NCBI GenBank assembly: GCA_964631415.1
Contig: CAZVZC010000034.1
Span: 1-21,827, forward strand
Source: an uncultured archaeon
GTDB taxonomy: Archaea > Asgardarchaeota > Thorarchaeia > Thorarchaeales > Thorarchaeaceae
Length of the DNA: 21,827 bases
Reading direction: 5' to 3'
This document shows positions 1 to 9,101 of this stretch, in pieces. Both the position numbers and the translations under genes were made by a program. The notes under the pieces were generated by a model. It saw nothing but the letters and a program-made list of their open reading frames with translations. It was not told where the DNA came from and searched no databases. Position 1 is the first letter of the stretch, and each line of letters begins with the position of its first letter.

Positions 1-2089
1 AGGGAACCGCATGGAGAGTTGCAGTACTTCCTGTTCCGCTCTTCGTCACTTCGATGACTGACACACCCTGCAGGTTTGGCACATCGGTATGCGTTATCAG
101 GAATATCTGTTTGAAGCTCTGGTCACCTGTAAGGTTCTCCACTACTGAAGCTCTTCTGTCCTTATCGAGGCCGCCAAGCGGTTCATCTAGGAGCACACAC
201 TGGACGCGGGGGGAGTACGCCGGACTGTCCTTCAATGGACGAATTCTGCTCATGGTCCGACTGATTCCTAGTCTTAGCGCAAGGCTGACCGCGGTCCGAT
301 CTCCATAGCTCAGCTGACTAGCTTTCTTGTCTGCATTGTCACGATGGTCATGTATCTTGAGCACAAGCCCTGCACCGTACTTTGCCATTCCGGGTGTAGG
401 TTCAAGGTCGACGCGCGTGTACTGACCGTTCGTAAACGACTGAACGTACTGGTTTGTAGCCGCTCTGATTATACCAATCAGCCGCTTCTGCACGACGTAG
501 TCCGAAATGAAGCCTTTGACTAGATTCCTCCGCACATACTTGGTGTGCTCAACTAGCTTCTTCATATCCGCAATTTCAGCGCCGAGTTCTCTCATTCGCG
601 CAACCTTGGACTCCAGCTCCCCCATGTCTGCGCGCTCGCGATTGATGTCTTTCTCGATTGTATCGATTTCCTCTCTCAGCGGCTTAAGCTGGTCGTTGAG
701 TCTGTCGACAATTCGTTGCAGTTCGTCTGGACTTCTGGCATTGAACTTGCTGAGAAGCATGTCGAGACTGGATATACCCAAGCTGTTGAGAAACGACTCG
801 AGCTTCCTCCTAGAATCCTGTGACGCGACCTTTGCCGCATCAACTTCCGCCTGCCGCTCTGTGAGTCGTTTCAATGCATCGATAGCCCTTGGGATGGCAA
901 GAAGCCTCTCGTCTATTGCCCTCATTGCCGCGGCAAGCTTCGCCTTTTGCTTGGTGAGCTCGTCACGTCGGGAGGCATCATGGTTCAGTGTCTTCCTGTA
1001 ATCGGCCAGTATCTGATCTCTTTCTTTCACAGACAGGGGCTTGGAGCACGTAGGACACTTCATTCCGTCTCCACCAGATTCGGTTGCTCCCTGCAGTGTT
1101 TCCACTTGTTTGAGAAGATCCTTGTCCACCCTTGAGAGTCCGCCAATCTCCTGGTCTGCCGCCGTCACCTCAGACTCAGTCCTGCTGCGTTGTTCTGTCA
1201 AACGCTCCAGTTCCCGCGTGAGCAAGTCCTGTCGCGCACGAACCACCACGTCCTCTGAGTCGGCAAGACCAGCACTGGCAAGTTCCTTGTCCCTAGCACT
1301 CATAGCATGCTCGTACTCTCGGTCCTTCTCTTCTATTTCCGATGTGACCTCAAGCATTTCCGACAGGACGTCGGCTTTGGGCAGGGATTCTATCTGTGAC
1401 TCCAGCGCGGTCATCTGATCATTCTTGGCCGCAAGGCGCTCCTCATATTCAGTAATCCGCTTAGATGCCTTCTCTACTCGCTCCTCGACACGTTCAGGCG
1501 CCTCGTACTCTTGCCCCAAGGTTTCGACCTTAGCTGTGACATCAGTCTCAAGGTTCTCCAGATGGTTCTCCATTTGGTCGAGAAGCTCAATATTGTACAC
1601 CTTGACTAGGAGATCCCTCAGATCCGACGGAGTAGCACTGGCAATCGTGGCGACCTCCCCCTGTCGAACTAGGAGTGTGTTGAGAGCTTGCTTCAACTGA
1701 AGGTTGAGAATCTCCTCGAGCCTGGAGGCCACAGAGCCGCTCTTATCGGCTATTGGTTTCCATTGGCCGTTGGATTTGGTGAAGAGCGTAACAGACATCC
1801 GTTTGTCCAAGCCGTATGACCGGTGAATCTTGTACTGTATACCCTGCACCTCGAAGACGAGAGTCACCTCGCATGATGCAGAACCAAAACTCACCAGCTC
1901 ATCGTTGTCAAGTTTGACTGCGTCTGCTCCCCACAGACCCCAGAGTATCCCCTCAAACAAGGAGGACTTGCCTGTCGAATTGGATCCTCGAACTAGAATC
2001 AGACCATTTGGAAGGTCAGTTCCGTCATCAGGCAGCTGGAGCTCATGGAACGGCTTGAAGCTCCTGAGTCTTATGCTGAGAAGCTTCAC
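1..2089 (-). CDS. rad50: Rad50/SbcC SMC-like DNA double-strand break repair ATPase (3'-partial, about 696 aa visible; stop lies just outside the window)
   Basis: Translated manually from GTG 2089, which overlaps the mre11 stop (GTGA): MKLLSIRLRSFKPF...Walker A GSNSTGKS; coiled coil; zinc hook CPTC at nt 1057-1046; signature LSYGD at nt 313-299; Walker B/D-loop VLLDEPLGGLD; H-switch LITH. Start, hook and signature are in one frame. Absent from the ORF track because no stop is reached. Confidence 0.95.
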   Translation of the reverse strand, partial: MKLLSIRLRSFKPFHELQLPDDGTDLPNGLILVRGSNSTGKSSLFEGILWGLWGADAVKLDNDELVSFGSASCEVTLVFEVQGIQYKIHRSYGLDKRMSVTLFTKSNGQWKPIADKSGSVASRLEEILNLQLKQALNTLLVRQGEVATIASATPSDLRDLLVKVYNIELLDQMENHLENLETDVTAKVETLGQEYEAPERVEERVEKASKRITEYEERLAAKNDQMTALESQIESLPKADVLSEMLEVTSEIEEKDREYEHAMSARDKELASAGLADSEDVVVRARQDLLTRELERLTEQRSRTESEVTAADQEIGGLSRVDKDLLKQVETLQGATESGGDGMKCPTCSKPLSVKERDQILADYRKTLNHDASRRDELTKQKAKLAAAMRAIDERLLAIPRAIDALKRLTERQAEVDAAKVASQDSRRKLESFLNSLGISSLDMLLSKFNARSPDELQRIVDRLNDQLKPLREEIDTIEKDINRERADMGELESKVARMRELGAEIADMKKLVEHTKYVRRNLVKGFISDYVVQKRLIGIIRAATNQYVQSFTNGQYTRVDLEPTPGMAKYGAGLVLKIHDHRDNADKKASQLSYGDRTAVSLALRLGISRTMSRIRPLKDSPAYSPRVQCVLLDEPLGGLDKDRRASVVENLTGDQSFKQIFLITHTDVPNLQGVSVIEVTKSGTGSTATLHAVP

Positions 2090-3396
2090 TTTCCGCCATC
2101 CTCCGAGAGCGTTTCAAGTGTCAGCTTCTGCTCGCCCCTCTTCACCGACATCTTCAATGCACGCACAGCGACCCTCGTCAAGAGAGCAGGATCGAACTGT
2201 TTGTCGATTCCCTTCAGGCTATCCAGATATGCTCTGAAATCCTCCTCTGGGTTTTCAATCAGGTATTCGGATTCGATTTCGGGATACGCAGACTGACTCG
2301 GCTCGATATTGGGTCGTTGGGTCGTCCAAACGAGCTGGGCTATGTTGTATTGTGAACCCGGCTGCATGACCTTCGTTCTGTAGGTTTCCATGGCGTCACT
2401 CGTGTCAAGGTTGCCAACACTGGAGGACCCTCGAAACACAAGCCGGACTCTTGCGGCAGAGGACAAATCCCAAGCTCCCTTCATGCCCTTCTCAGCAAAC
2501 CAAGTATCGAGTTTCGCGACCAATGAGTCAGCCGTACCGACATCGTCAGTCGTCATTCTGCGATTGTACACTGGCCGCTTGAAGCCGAAGTAATGCGGGG
2601 TTACGACTGGAAGTGTACCCTTAGCTATTTCAGCTACAAGGAAACCCTTCTTGTGCCCAGACTCATCGAATCTCCATCTCTCTGTTGATCCCGCGTACCA
2701 CGCATTCTCAGAATGCTTGTGCTGTCTGTGGTCATGACCGAGAGCAATGTAGTCGTAGCCCATGCTGAAAATCGATGGGTGGAGTGTACGGTCCAGTTCC
2801 ATTCCATGAACAACTGCTATAGAGAGCCTGCGACTCTCAGGACGCTGGCATGTCAGTATCCAGTCGTTGAATTCGGCAGCCAGGTCCGATGACTCAATTA
2901 TGCTCGAGCTCATGTATGGAAAACAAAACACGTCCAGTTTGTCGTATGAGCACTTCAAGGGCTCATGCTTGTTGAAAGCTCGTTTGAAGTCGACCTGTGT
3001 GGCGACATTCAGACCTGAGATCGACATCCTGAGAGAATCCAGAAGCGACACATCGAGTGACCTGTACAGACCATGGTTGCCTTCTATCACAAGGACAGGG
3101 ATTCGTGTCTTTTCTGTGAAACTCTTCAGCACGGAAAGCGCGGTTTCCTGAGCCACAACCGGTGGTTGGGACGGGTTGTCCTCGGAGGGTGAGTCATAAA
3201 GGTCACCCGAGTGAACCACTAGGTCGACAGGAGGGTCAAGTGACGCAATCCTGTCGAAAACCTCTAAGAAGCGCTCGTAGAAGTCGTTCTCAAGGACACG
3301 GGTACGCATCTCTACCGCCCAGACATCTGATCTGACACCCTCTCTCGGTCTGGTGCCCAAATGAGTGTCCGATATGTGAGCGATACGTACCACCAT
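2086..3396 (-). CDS. mre11: Mre11/SbcD DNA repair nuclease (calcineurin-like metallophosphoesterase)
   Basis: Motifs HISDTHLG, HSGDLYD, EGNHG, VVHG, ALGHDH, YAGSTERWRFDE; directly upstream of rad50 with a 4-nt overlap. Confidence 0.95.
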   Translation of the reverse strand: MVVRIAHISDTHLGTRPREGVRSDVWAVEMRTRVLENDFYERFLEVFDRIASLDPPVDLVVHSGDLYDSPSEDNPSQPPVVAQETALSVLKSFTEKTRIPVLVIEGNHGLYRSLDVSLLDSLRMSISGLNVATQVDFKRAFNKHEPLKCSYDKLDVFCFPYMSSSIIESSDLAAEFNDWILTCQRPESRRLSIAVVHGMELDRTLHPSIFSMGYDYIALGHDHRQHKHSENAWYAGSTERWRFDESGHKKGFLVAEIAKGTLPVVTPHYFGFKRPVYNRRMTTDDVGTADSLVAKLDTWFAEKGMKGAWDLSSAARVRLVFRGSSSVGNLDTSDAMETYRTKVMQPGSQYNIAQLVWTTQRPNIEPSQSAYPEIESEYLIENPEEDFRAYLDSLKGIDKQFDPALLTRVAVRALKMSVKRGEQKLTLETLSEDGGK

Positions 3397-3407
3397 GAAG
3401 TAGCGCC

Positions 3408-5171
3408 TCAGAGAGTGTGTTTCTCACCAGCCCGTGTAGATTTGGATGCTTTGTAACGGCTCTTGTCCCGCTCAAAAAGTGTGTCAAAGAGAGGAATGCG
3501 GACCGGCAAGGGGAGCTCGCGATATGATGCTGTGAGTATTGCCTCCCCTCTAGCCATGACCCGAAACTCATCTTCGAAGCCCGATATGTTCACACTCGCA
3601 TTCTCGATGCAAGCCTGAATCTCGCGTTCGTTGCCGAGTCGAAGATTGACCTCTGTGTTCATCTGACTGAGTATGACGTTGTCGAGGACGCTGACCTGCT
3701 GACTCACAACGATAAGGCCGATGTTGAACTTCCTTCCCTGCCGAGAGAGGTCCTTGAAGACGGACTGTCCTCGCATGAGCTCTGGGTTCAGTATGGACGG
3801 GGCCTCTTCGACTGTCACGAGGATTACAGGCATATCGCGCGGATCTCGCACGCCAGACTCGTCGCTTTGCCCACCAGCCGAATAGAACGATTTCGCCTTG
3901 GCTTTGATGCGATTGAAGAAGGGTCCGGGGAGCCTGATTGCGCCCTGACTCTCGAAGTCACCTAGGGTCCCGCTACTCTTTGCAGCTCTTCTGAGATCAG
4001 AGACTGTACGCGCGATCACCGTTGTGAGAAGGAACTGTTCTGTGTCGCTCATCAGGCTGGTGTTGACTACAAGCACCCGACCTGTTTCCATTGCCATAAA
4101 GACGTCGCTCAAGATGGATGAACCACTGCGGATGAAGATTGGCGATCGCTCAATGAAACGAAGACGGCGCTGAACGGCATTGAGAGTGCCTTTTGGCGTG
4201 CCTTCTGGATCCTCCTTCATATCGACGATGGCCGATATCCAGCTCTCTCGGTTCGCGGCATACTGACCGTCAATGAAGACCACCATCTGAGGTGTGAAGT
4301 CCATGATCGTGTAGAGGTCGTGTGGCAGAATCTCCTCCCACAGAATGCGTATCTCTCTGCCATAGCGCTGAATCTCTCGTGGGGTTGCCTTAAGGTGCGT
4401 TGTGAGGTAGTAGAAATCACCGATGACTGCTGTCCTCGTGTCTTGGTCCATTGCCTCGACTATGTGCTGAATGCCGCATGCGGTAACACCCTTAGCAAAC
4501 TCGTCGTGAGGATCTATGCAGAATGCTGAGATGCGAGTTCGTTTTTCATTTGGGCTGCGAATCGCTTCGAGATTAGAGTCTATGATTGATTTAATCAGGA
4601 CCATCATCAGATTGCTCTTTCCTGAGCCTGTGGAGCCAAATATGCCCATGTGCATCGGGAGGTACTTCGATGGTATCTTGACCGGGACATCCAGTGTCGC
4701 TTCTCCGACCTGCAGGTTTCCGATGAACACTTCACCATCGATCTGACTCGCCAGCATCTTCCTCACACTTTCGTCAGAAACATTCGGGACGGGCCGGTAC
4801 ACGTCGGCAAGATGGTCAGGAAGACGACGGGGTGATTTGAATACCCATTTTCCCTTCTCCATTTCAGCGTATCCTAGCATCTTCCCGCCCACTTGGAGAA
4901 GCATATTCCTCTGGATCCCAGAGAGGTAGGCGTCACCCTCGACCATCAGGGTCCCGGCCACACGGGCCATATCATCCACCTGTCGAAGGTAGTTCTGAAG
5001 GGCGAGCACGCGGAAGAAGAATACTCGTTCGTGACCATCGCGGTGGGAGTATATCATGAATATCTCGCCCACGCTCACATCACGGTTGTTGCCCATGATT
5101 CCAAGCGAGGTCTGATCACCCACACTGACCTTGCCATAGAGCTCTCCAAGGTTTCGTATCTCTAGTGTCAT
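3408..5171 (-). CDS. herA: HerA bipolar DNA helicase/translocase (HAS barrel + FtsK/HerA ATPase)
   Basis: N-terminal HAS-barrel-like region; HMGIFGSTGSGKS Walker A; IDPHDEF; Walker B VTVEEAP; arginine finger QGRKFNIGLIVVSQ; GAGGT RBS; lies between nurA and mre11. Confidence 0.93.
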   Translation of the reverse strand: MTLEIRNLGELYGKVSVGDQTSLGIMGNNRDVSVGEIFMIYSHRDGHERVFFFRVLALQNYLRQVDDMARVAGTLMVEGDAYLSGIQRNMLLQVGGKMLGYAEMEKGKWVFKSPRRLPDHLADVYRPVPNVSDESVRKMLASQIDGEVFIGNLQVGEATLDVPVKIPSKYLPMHMGIFGSTGSGKSNLMMVLIKSIIDSNLEAIRSPNEKRTRISAFCIDPHDEFAKGVTACGIQHIVEAMDQDTRTAVIGDFYYLTTHLKATPREIQRYGREIRILWEEILPHDLYTIMDFTPQMVVFIDGQYAANRESWISAIVDMKEDPEGTPKGTLNAVQRRLRFIERSPIFIRSGSSILSDVFMAMETGRVLVVNTSLMSDTEQFLLTTVIARTVSDLRRAAKSSGTLGDFESQGAIRLPGPFFNRIKAKAKSFYSAGGQSDESGVRDPRDMPVILVTVEEAPSILNPELMRGQSVFKDLSRQGRKFNIGLIVVSQQVSVLDNVILSQMNTEVNLRLGNEREIQACIENASVNISGFEDEFRVMARGEAILTASYRELPLPVRIPLFDTLFERDKSRYKASKSTRAGEKHTL

Positions 5172-5193
5172 GACTTTCTACCTCACACATCAT

Positions 5194-6489
5194 CTACAGA
5201 TTGAAGTCCTCCCTATATGGGGTCGTTCGGCGGGGGTCCAGCCCCAACTCATGACGAACATCACTAGCCACCTCTCTCGCCAGCCTGAGATCCTCATAAC
5301 TCAGCTTGCAATCCTCGTGCGCCTGTGCAAGAGCGACGGGATAGCCGTACCATCTCGCGTCTCTAGACATGAATTCGATTTCTTGAAAGAGGGCCTTTTC
5401 GTTTTCCCGGGTCTTCGAAGGGTCGTCTTGTACGAACACGTTGTCAAGCCACCAGACCCTGTCGAAATCGATTCTTGACGGACGGTTGTCCATTGAGAAG
5501 CTGAAAAGATAAGGGACCGCCAGGCGAGGTGGGATGTATGTCCTGTCCTGATAGATGTAGAGCCCCCCACCTGGGTCTTCGCTGCCCGGAAGAAGGCAGA
5601 ACCATTTTGAGCCTTCTCCGAATGTTTCCTGAGCCATCCTAGCAATGCGGTGGGCAAAGGGGATCGTGTGGTTCTTGCTCACAGCACAGAGGACCACACG
5701 TTTCTCTCTGGCGAGCGAGCACAGCTCTCTGAGCATGAAACCGCTTGGCATGGACGGGTACTGACGTGCTTGGTGCATGAAGATTGACATCGCGCCATCA
5801 AGCAGCAGGTACTTGGGGTGAATGTTGCTGGTCAGGACTATTCTTGCAGCAGCATACTCAGAGGCTGTACGCAGCTCATCATGTACGGCGGGGTTGGTCA
5901 GCATCTGCTCTCTGGTAATCAATGACTCCATTGTTCCTAGTGATGACGTATAAGCGCCATAGCTAGACCCCGACAAGTCTGACATTGACTTCAATTGCCG
6001 CTTGGTGATGTCCCTGAAGAATGGCAGTACAAGTGCGCCCAGGTCTTTCAGCGGGTAAATCTCCGCAAGGGAATCTGCCATCTTCGTTCGGGCATCTCCC
6101 CTCACCCCTGAGTGCCAGTGACAGTCCAGAAAGGGTTGAGTACGCCCGAACGCGTCCTCAAGCACTGTCCTGTCCAACGGTCTGAACGGATCTCCTGCCC
6201 GAGTGTTCGTGTCGAGTACGACGGTCGAAGTGCTGAGTAGATGGACTCTGACATCGTCGAGGGTCATGAGGTCACCTGAGCCAGATCCGTCAACTGCAGC
6301 TACAAGGTAGTCCTGATCCAGAGTGACATCCGAAGCATGGGGTGTCACAGTATCAAGGAGCTCCTCTCTTATTCGGACTTCGTCCTTGGCGAACTCCTTC
6401 TCATCGGTACGGTCCTGCTGGTTCTCGATGTCTCTAAAGGTGAGCATGAGTTTGCTCCTGAAGTCGTCGGTAAGAATCCGTTCGAGCAT
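5194..6489 (-). CDS. nurA: NurA 5'-3' nuclease (RNase H-like fold)
   Basis: Motifs VAAVDGS, YLLLDG, AVSK, YGYPVALAQAH. Start reassigned to ATG 6489 (GAGGGGT RBS just upstream), giving 431 aa, instead of the ORF-track start at 6573. Confidence 0.9.
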   Translation of the reverse strand: MLERILTDDFRSKLMLTFRDIENQQDRTDEKEFAKDEVRIREELLDTVTPHASDVTLDQDYLVAAVDGSGSGDLMTLDDVRVHLLSTSTVVLDTNTRAGDPFRPLDRTVLEDAFGRTQPFLDCHWHSGVRGDARTKMADSLAEIYPLKDLGALVLPFFRDITKRQLKSMSDLSGSSYGAYTSSLGTMESLITREQMLTNPAVHDELRTASEYAAARIVLTSNIHPKYLLLDGAMSIFMHQARQYPSMPSGFMLRELCSLAREKRVVLCAVSKNHTIPFAHRIARMAQETFGEGSKWFCLLPGSEDPGGGLYIYQDRTYIPPRLAVPYLFSFSMDNRPSRIDFDRVWWLDNVFVQDDPSKTRENEKALFQEIEFMSRDARWYGYPVALAQAHEDCKLSYEDLRLAREVASDVRHELGLDPRRTTPYREDFNL

Positions 6490-6557
6490 GAGACCCCTCT
6501 TGCACTGTGCTTCTTGGCCAAGCCTTGGCGTCTGGCAGACTTTACTCCTGATGGACT

Positions 6558-6565
6558 CATAAAAA
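6558..6565 (-). promoter_or_regulatory. Putative TATA box for the nurA-herA-mre11-rad50 operon
   Basis: TTTTTATG on the minus strand about 70 nt upstream of the nurA ATG, in an otherwise GC-rich intergenic region. Confidence 0.45.
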
Positions 6566-6693
6566 GATAGCACTCGGCAGGTGTGAGTCTGTAGGCATAG
6601 AGCGCCACTGTGAAACTATGTCATGTCTGGAATCGAGGCCCTCTCCAGCCGGCGGGAGGCCGCGGTTACCACTTTTGACACGTGTGGTGGCAA

Positions 6694-7326
6694 TCACTTC
6701 GTTTCTGCGACGAACTTCCTTGCGAGCTCTACAGCACTGAGAGCATCTCTGCCAAAGGCGTCTGCGCCCGTGAACTTGACGGTCTCCTGATTGATGTCAC
6801 CGCCACCTATCATCACCTTGACCTTTTTCCGGATTCCTGCAGTCTTGAGTGCCTCAATGGTGGTCCGCATCACGTCATGAGTCGTCGTTATCAGCCCACT
6901 CAGTGCCAATACGCGTGCTCCAGTTTCTTTCAGTTTGTTCACGAACATCTCTGGCGCGACATCCTCACCAAGATCGTACACATCGAAGCCATTCGACTTC
7001 AGGAACGCCACTACCAAGTTCTTGCCGATGTAGTGGATGTCGCCCTTGACTGTGCCAATCACGACCTTTCCTTTTTCACTTGTACGTTGGCTGGAAAACA
7101 GCTTTGGCTCAAGCAGGGTCATTGCCTTCTTGAACACGTCAGCGGACATGACCAGCTCCACCAAGAAGTACTCGTTCTTGGAGAACTTGTCACCCACAAT
7201 GTCCATTCCACGTCTCAAGTCATCAAGAATCTGTACCGGTGCCGTTCCTGCCGACAGTTGCTTGTTCACCAGCTGCATCACTTTCTGATCATCAAGGTCG
7301 GCCATAGCCTGTGTCAGTTCGTTCAT
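6694..7326 (-). CDS. Methyltransferase cognate corrinoid protein (MtaC/MttC/MtbC-like; B12 cap + B12-binding domain)
   Basis: Cap domain (GMDIVGDKFSKNEYFLVELVMSA); DxHxxG motif GDIHYIGKNLV; LSGL and MIGGG B12-binding motifs; 210 aa. Confidence 0.93.
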   Translation of the reverse strand: MNELTQAMADLDDQKVMQLVNKQLSAGTAPVQILDDLRRGMDIVGDKFSKNEYFLVELVMSADVFKKAMTLLEPKLFSSQRTSEKGKVVIGTVKGDIHYIGKNLVVAFLKSNGFDVYDLGEDVAPEMFVNKLKETGARVLALSGLITTTHDVMRTTIEALKTAGIRKKVKVMIGGGDINQETVKFTGADAFGRDALSAVELARKFVAETK

Positions 7327-7479
7327 CCGCTTCTTGCCTCAGTCATTCGCGATACGTTGGCATTGAGCCTGCAAGCCGCTTGATTCGAGCCCAACCTTGT
7401 TCGCCGACTCAGTAGCCTTCATACAGACCCGGCCTGCTGAAGATTCGACTGGCATATATGTTTCATTGTGGATACCTGT

Positions 7480-9090
7480 CTAGACCGCACTTTGCGGCTT
7501 GGAATCCAACAAGGTAGCTTCCATGAACATCTGAGCAAACGAAGGATGAGTGGCGAGTTCGATGTAGTCAACCTCATCAATCAGCCGCTCTGCATGTGCC
7601 CTCTCCCGGGTTGACAGCAGCAGTCTCTTTGCACCCTCTCCCGCAGCATTGCCGACAGGGACTATCCTTTCAGGAGGAATTGGCGGAAAGAGGCCAATAC
7701 GAAGGGCGCTCTCAGGGCGTAGGTAGTTGCCAAAAGCTCCAGCCAAGAACAAGAGCTCGATGTCTTTAGGCCGAACACCACAGATTTCCATCAGCACGCT
7801 AGTACCTGCAGATATTGCCGCCTTGGCGAGCTGGACTTGCCTCACATCACTCTGCGTGAAGACGATGCGCGTTTCTGTATCGGAGTCTTCTGACTCGGTG
7901 AGGACATAGCAGAGACCATGTTCGCCATGAGTGACTCTGGGCGAGGGATACATTCGTCCTCTTGCATCTACGATACCCACCCTTCTAAGCTCGGCAACAG
8001 TGTCCAGAATCGCTGAACCGCATAGTCCCCGGGGAGAGCTCTCACCTATTACGGAGAGATCCGGCGGGCATTCAGGACTGGCAATATGTACGTGTTCTAT
8101 CGCACCATCTTGTCCTCTCATACCATGGGTGATTCTTGCTCCCTCAAACGCCGGACCAGCAGCTGCGGAACAACAGACCACCTTCTGGTTGTGTGCCAAC
8201 ACAATCTCTGCATTAGTACCGATGTCGATGCCCAAGATGGTACCCTCCGCTGAATCTAAGCCCTGGGAGATGATGAATCCCACTGTGTCACCTCCCACAA
8301 AGCCTGCGATGTTGGGTGCGATATATGCTTCAGCCGAACCGACGGACTTCAGGCCAAGCGATTCAGCGCTAGAAGCCATTGAATGCCGCATAAGTGGCTT
8401 GTAAGGAGCAAGTCCTAGAGTCGAAACATCCAAGCCCAACAGAAGGTGATGCATTGCAGTGTTACCGACAATCGAAAGCCGGGACACGGCTTCTGGCGGG
8501 AATGCCGCTGTTGCCAGCAGTAGCGCGACAAGCTCGTCGATGCAAGATAGTATTCTCTCTCTGAGGACCTTCCCGTCACTCTCTGCACGGGTCGCGAAGT
8601 CTATCCGCGACATGACATCCTCGCCGAAAGCGATTTGGGGGTTTAGCGTGGCGGCCTGTGCGAGTTGAACTCCTGTTCCAAGGTCCATGAAGTAGGCGAC
8701 CACGGTTGTCGTGCCAAGATCGATGGCCACACCCTTCTGGCCTACCAGACCCGGGTCGCGCTGGCTTCTCATCGGTCTGGACTTGCCGCTTGTGAGTATC
8801 TTCGCCTGTCCCGTCTGCAGAAGAATGATTCGCGTTCTTCTGTCAACCACATGCTCGCAGGCTAGACGAAGCCCCATAGCTAACTCAGATGGAGAGAGAT
8901 GATGTTGATCCTTCTCTGTCGCGATAGGAACGGGTCGAAATGCAACCCTGCATTTGCCGCAGGTGCCCTGCCCGCCGCAGTCTGACGGAATGAACAGGCC
9001 AAGACTTCGTGCCGCCTCAAGGATACACGTCGCTGAATCCACCGAAACGCTGTATCCTGAGGGTTCGAAGATCACGACATGTTTGGGCAC
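7480..9090 (-). CDS. ATP-dependent reductive activator of corrinoid proteins, RACo/AcsV type (N-terminal [2Fe-2S] + ASKHA/DUF4445)
   Basis: CGGQGTCGKC...RLAC ferredoxin motif; IDLGTTT, NPQIAFGEDVMSRI, GNTAM, GFVGGD, DIGTNAE, AAGPAFEG, GLCGS, LAGAFG, GNAAGEGA; AGGTGA RBS overlapping the upstream stop. Confidence 0.93.
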   Translation of the reverse strand: MPKHVVIFEPSGYSVSVDSATCILEAARSLGLFIPSDCGGQGTCGKCRVAFRPVPIATEKDQHHLSPSELAMGLRLACEHVVDRRTRIILLQTGQAKILTSGKSRPMRSQRDPGLVGQKGVAIDLGTTTVVAYFMDLGTGVQLAQAATLNPQIAFGEDVMSRIDFATRAESDGKVLRERILSCIDELVALLLATAAFPPEAVSRLSIVGNTAMHHLLLGLDVSTLGLAPYKPLMRHSMASSAESLGLKSVGSAEAYIAPNIAGFVGGDTVGFIISQGLDSAEGTILGIDIGTNAEIVLAHNQKVVCCSAAAGPAFEGARITHGMRGQDGAIEHVHIASPECPPDLSVIGESSPRGLCGSAILDTVAELRRVGIVDARGRMYPSPRVTHGEHGLCYVLTESEDSDTETRIVFTQSDVRQVQLAKAAISAGTSVLMEICGVRPKDIELLFLAGAFGNYLRPESALRIGLFPPIPPERIVPVGNAAGEGAKRLLLSTRERAHAERLIDEVDYIELATHPSFAQMFMEATLLDSKPQSAV

Positions 9091-9101
9091 GTGTGCGTCA
9101 C

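Noticed and set aside
54-2296. Series of Ser/Leu-rich plus-strand ORFs (54-308, 507-1001, 1041-1418, 1425-1700, 1830-2237 and others)
   Set aside because: Antisense shadows of the Glu/Arg/Lys-rich rad50 coiled coil; no motifs of their own.
6490-6573. Longer nurA start at 6573
   Set aside because: It runs through the putative TATA box; ATG 6489 has a good RBS.
7327-7482. RACo and corrinoid genes are in frame, separated by TAG and one TGA; possible Pyl/Sec read-through fusion
   Set aside because: Two read-throughs would be needed, the linker looks non-protein-like, both genes are complete alone, and TAG ends many ordinary genes in this window.
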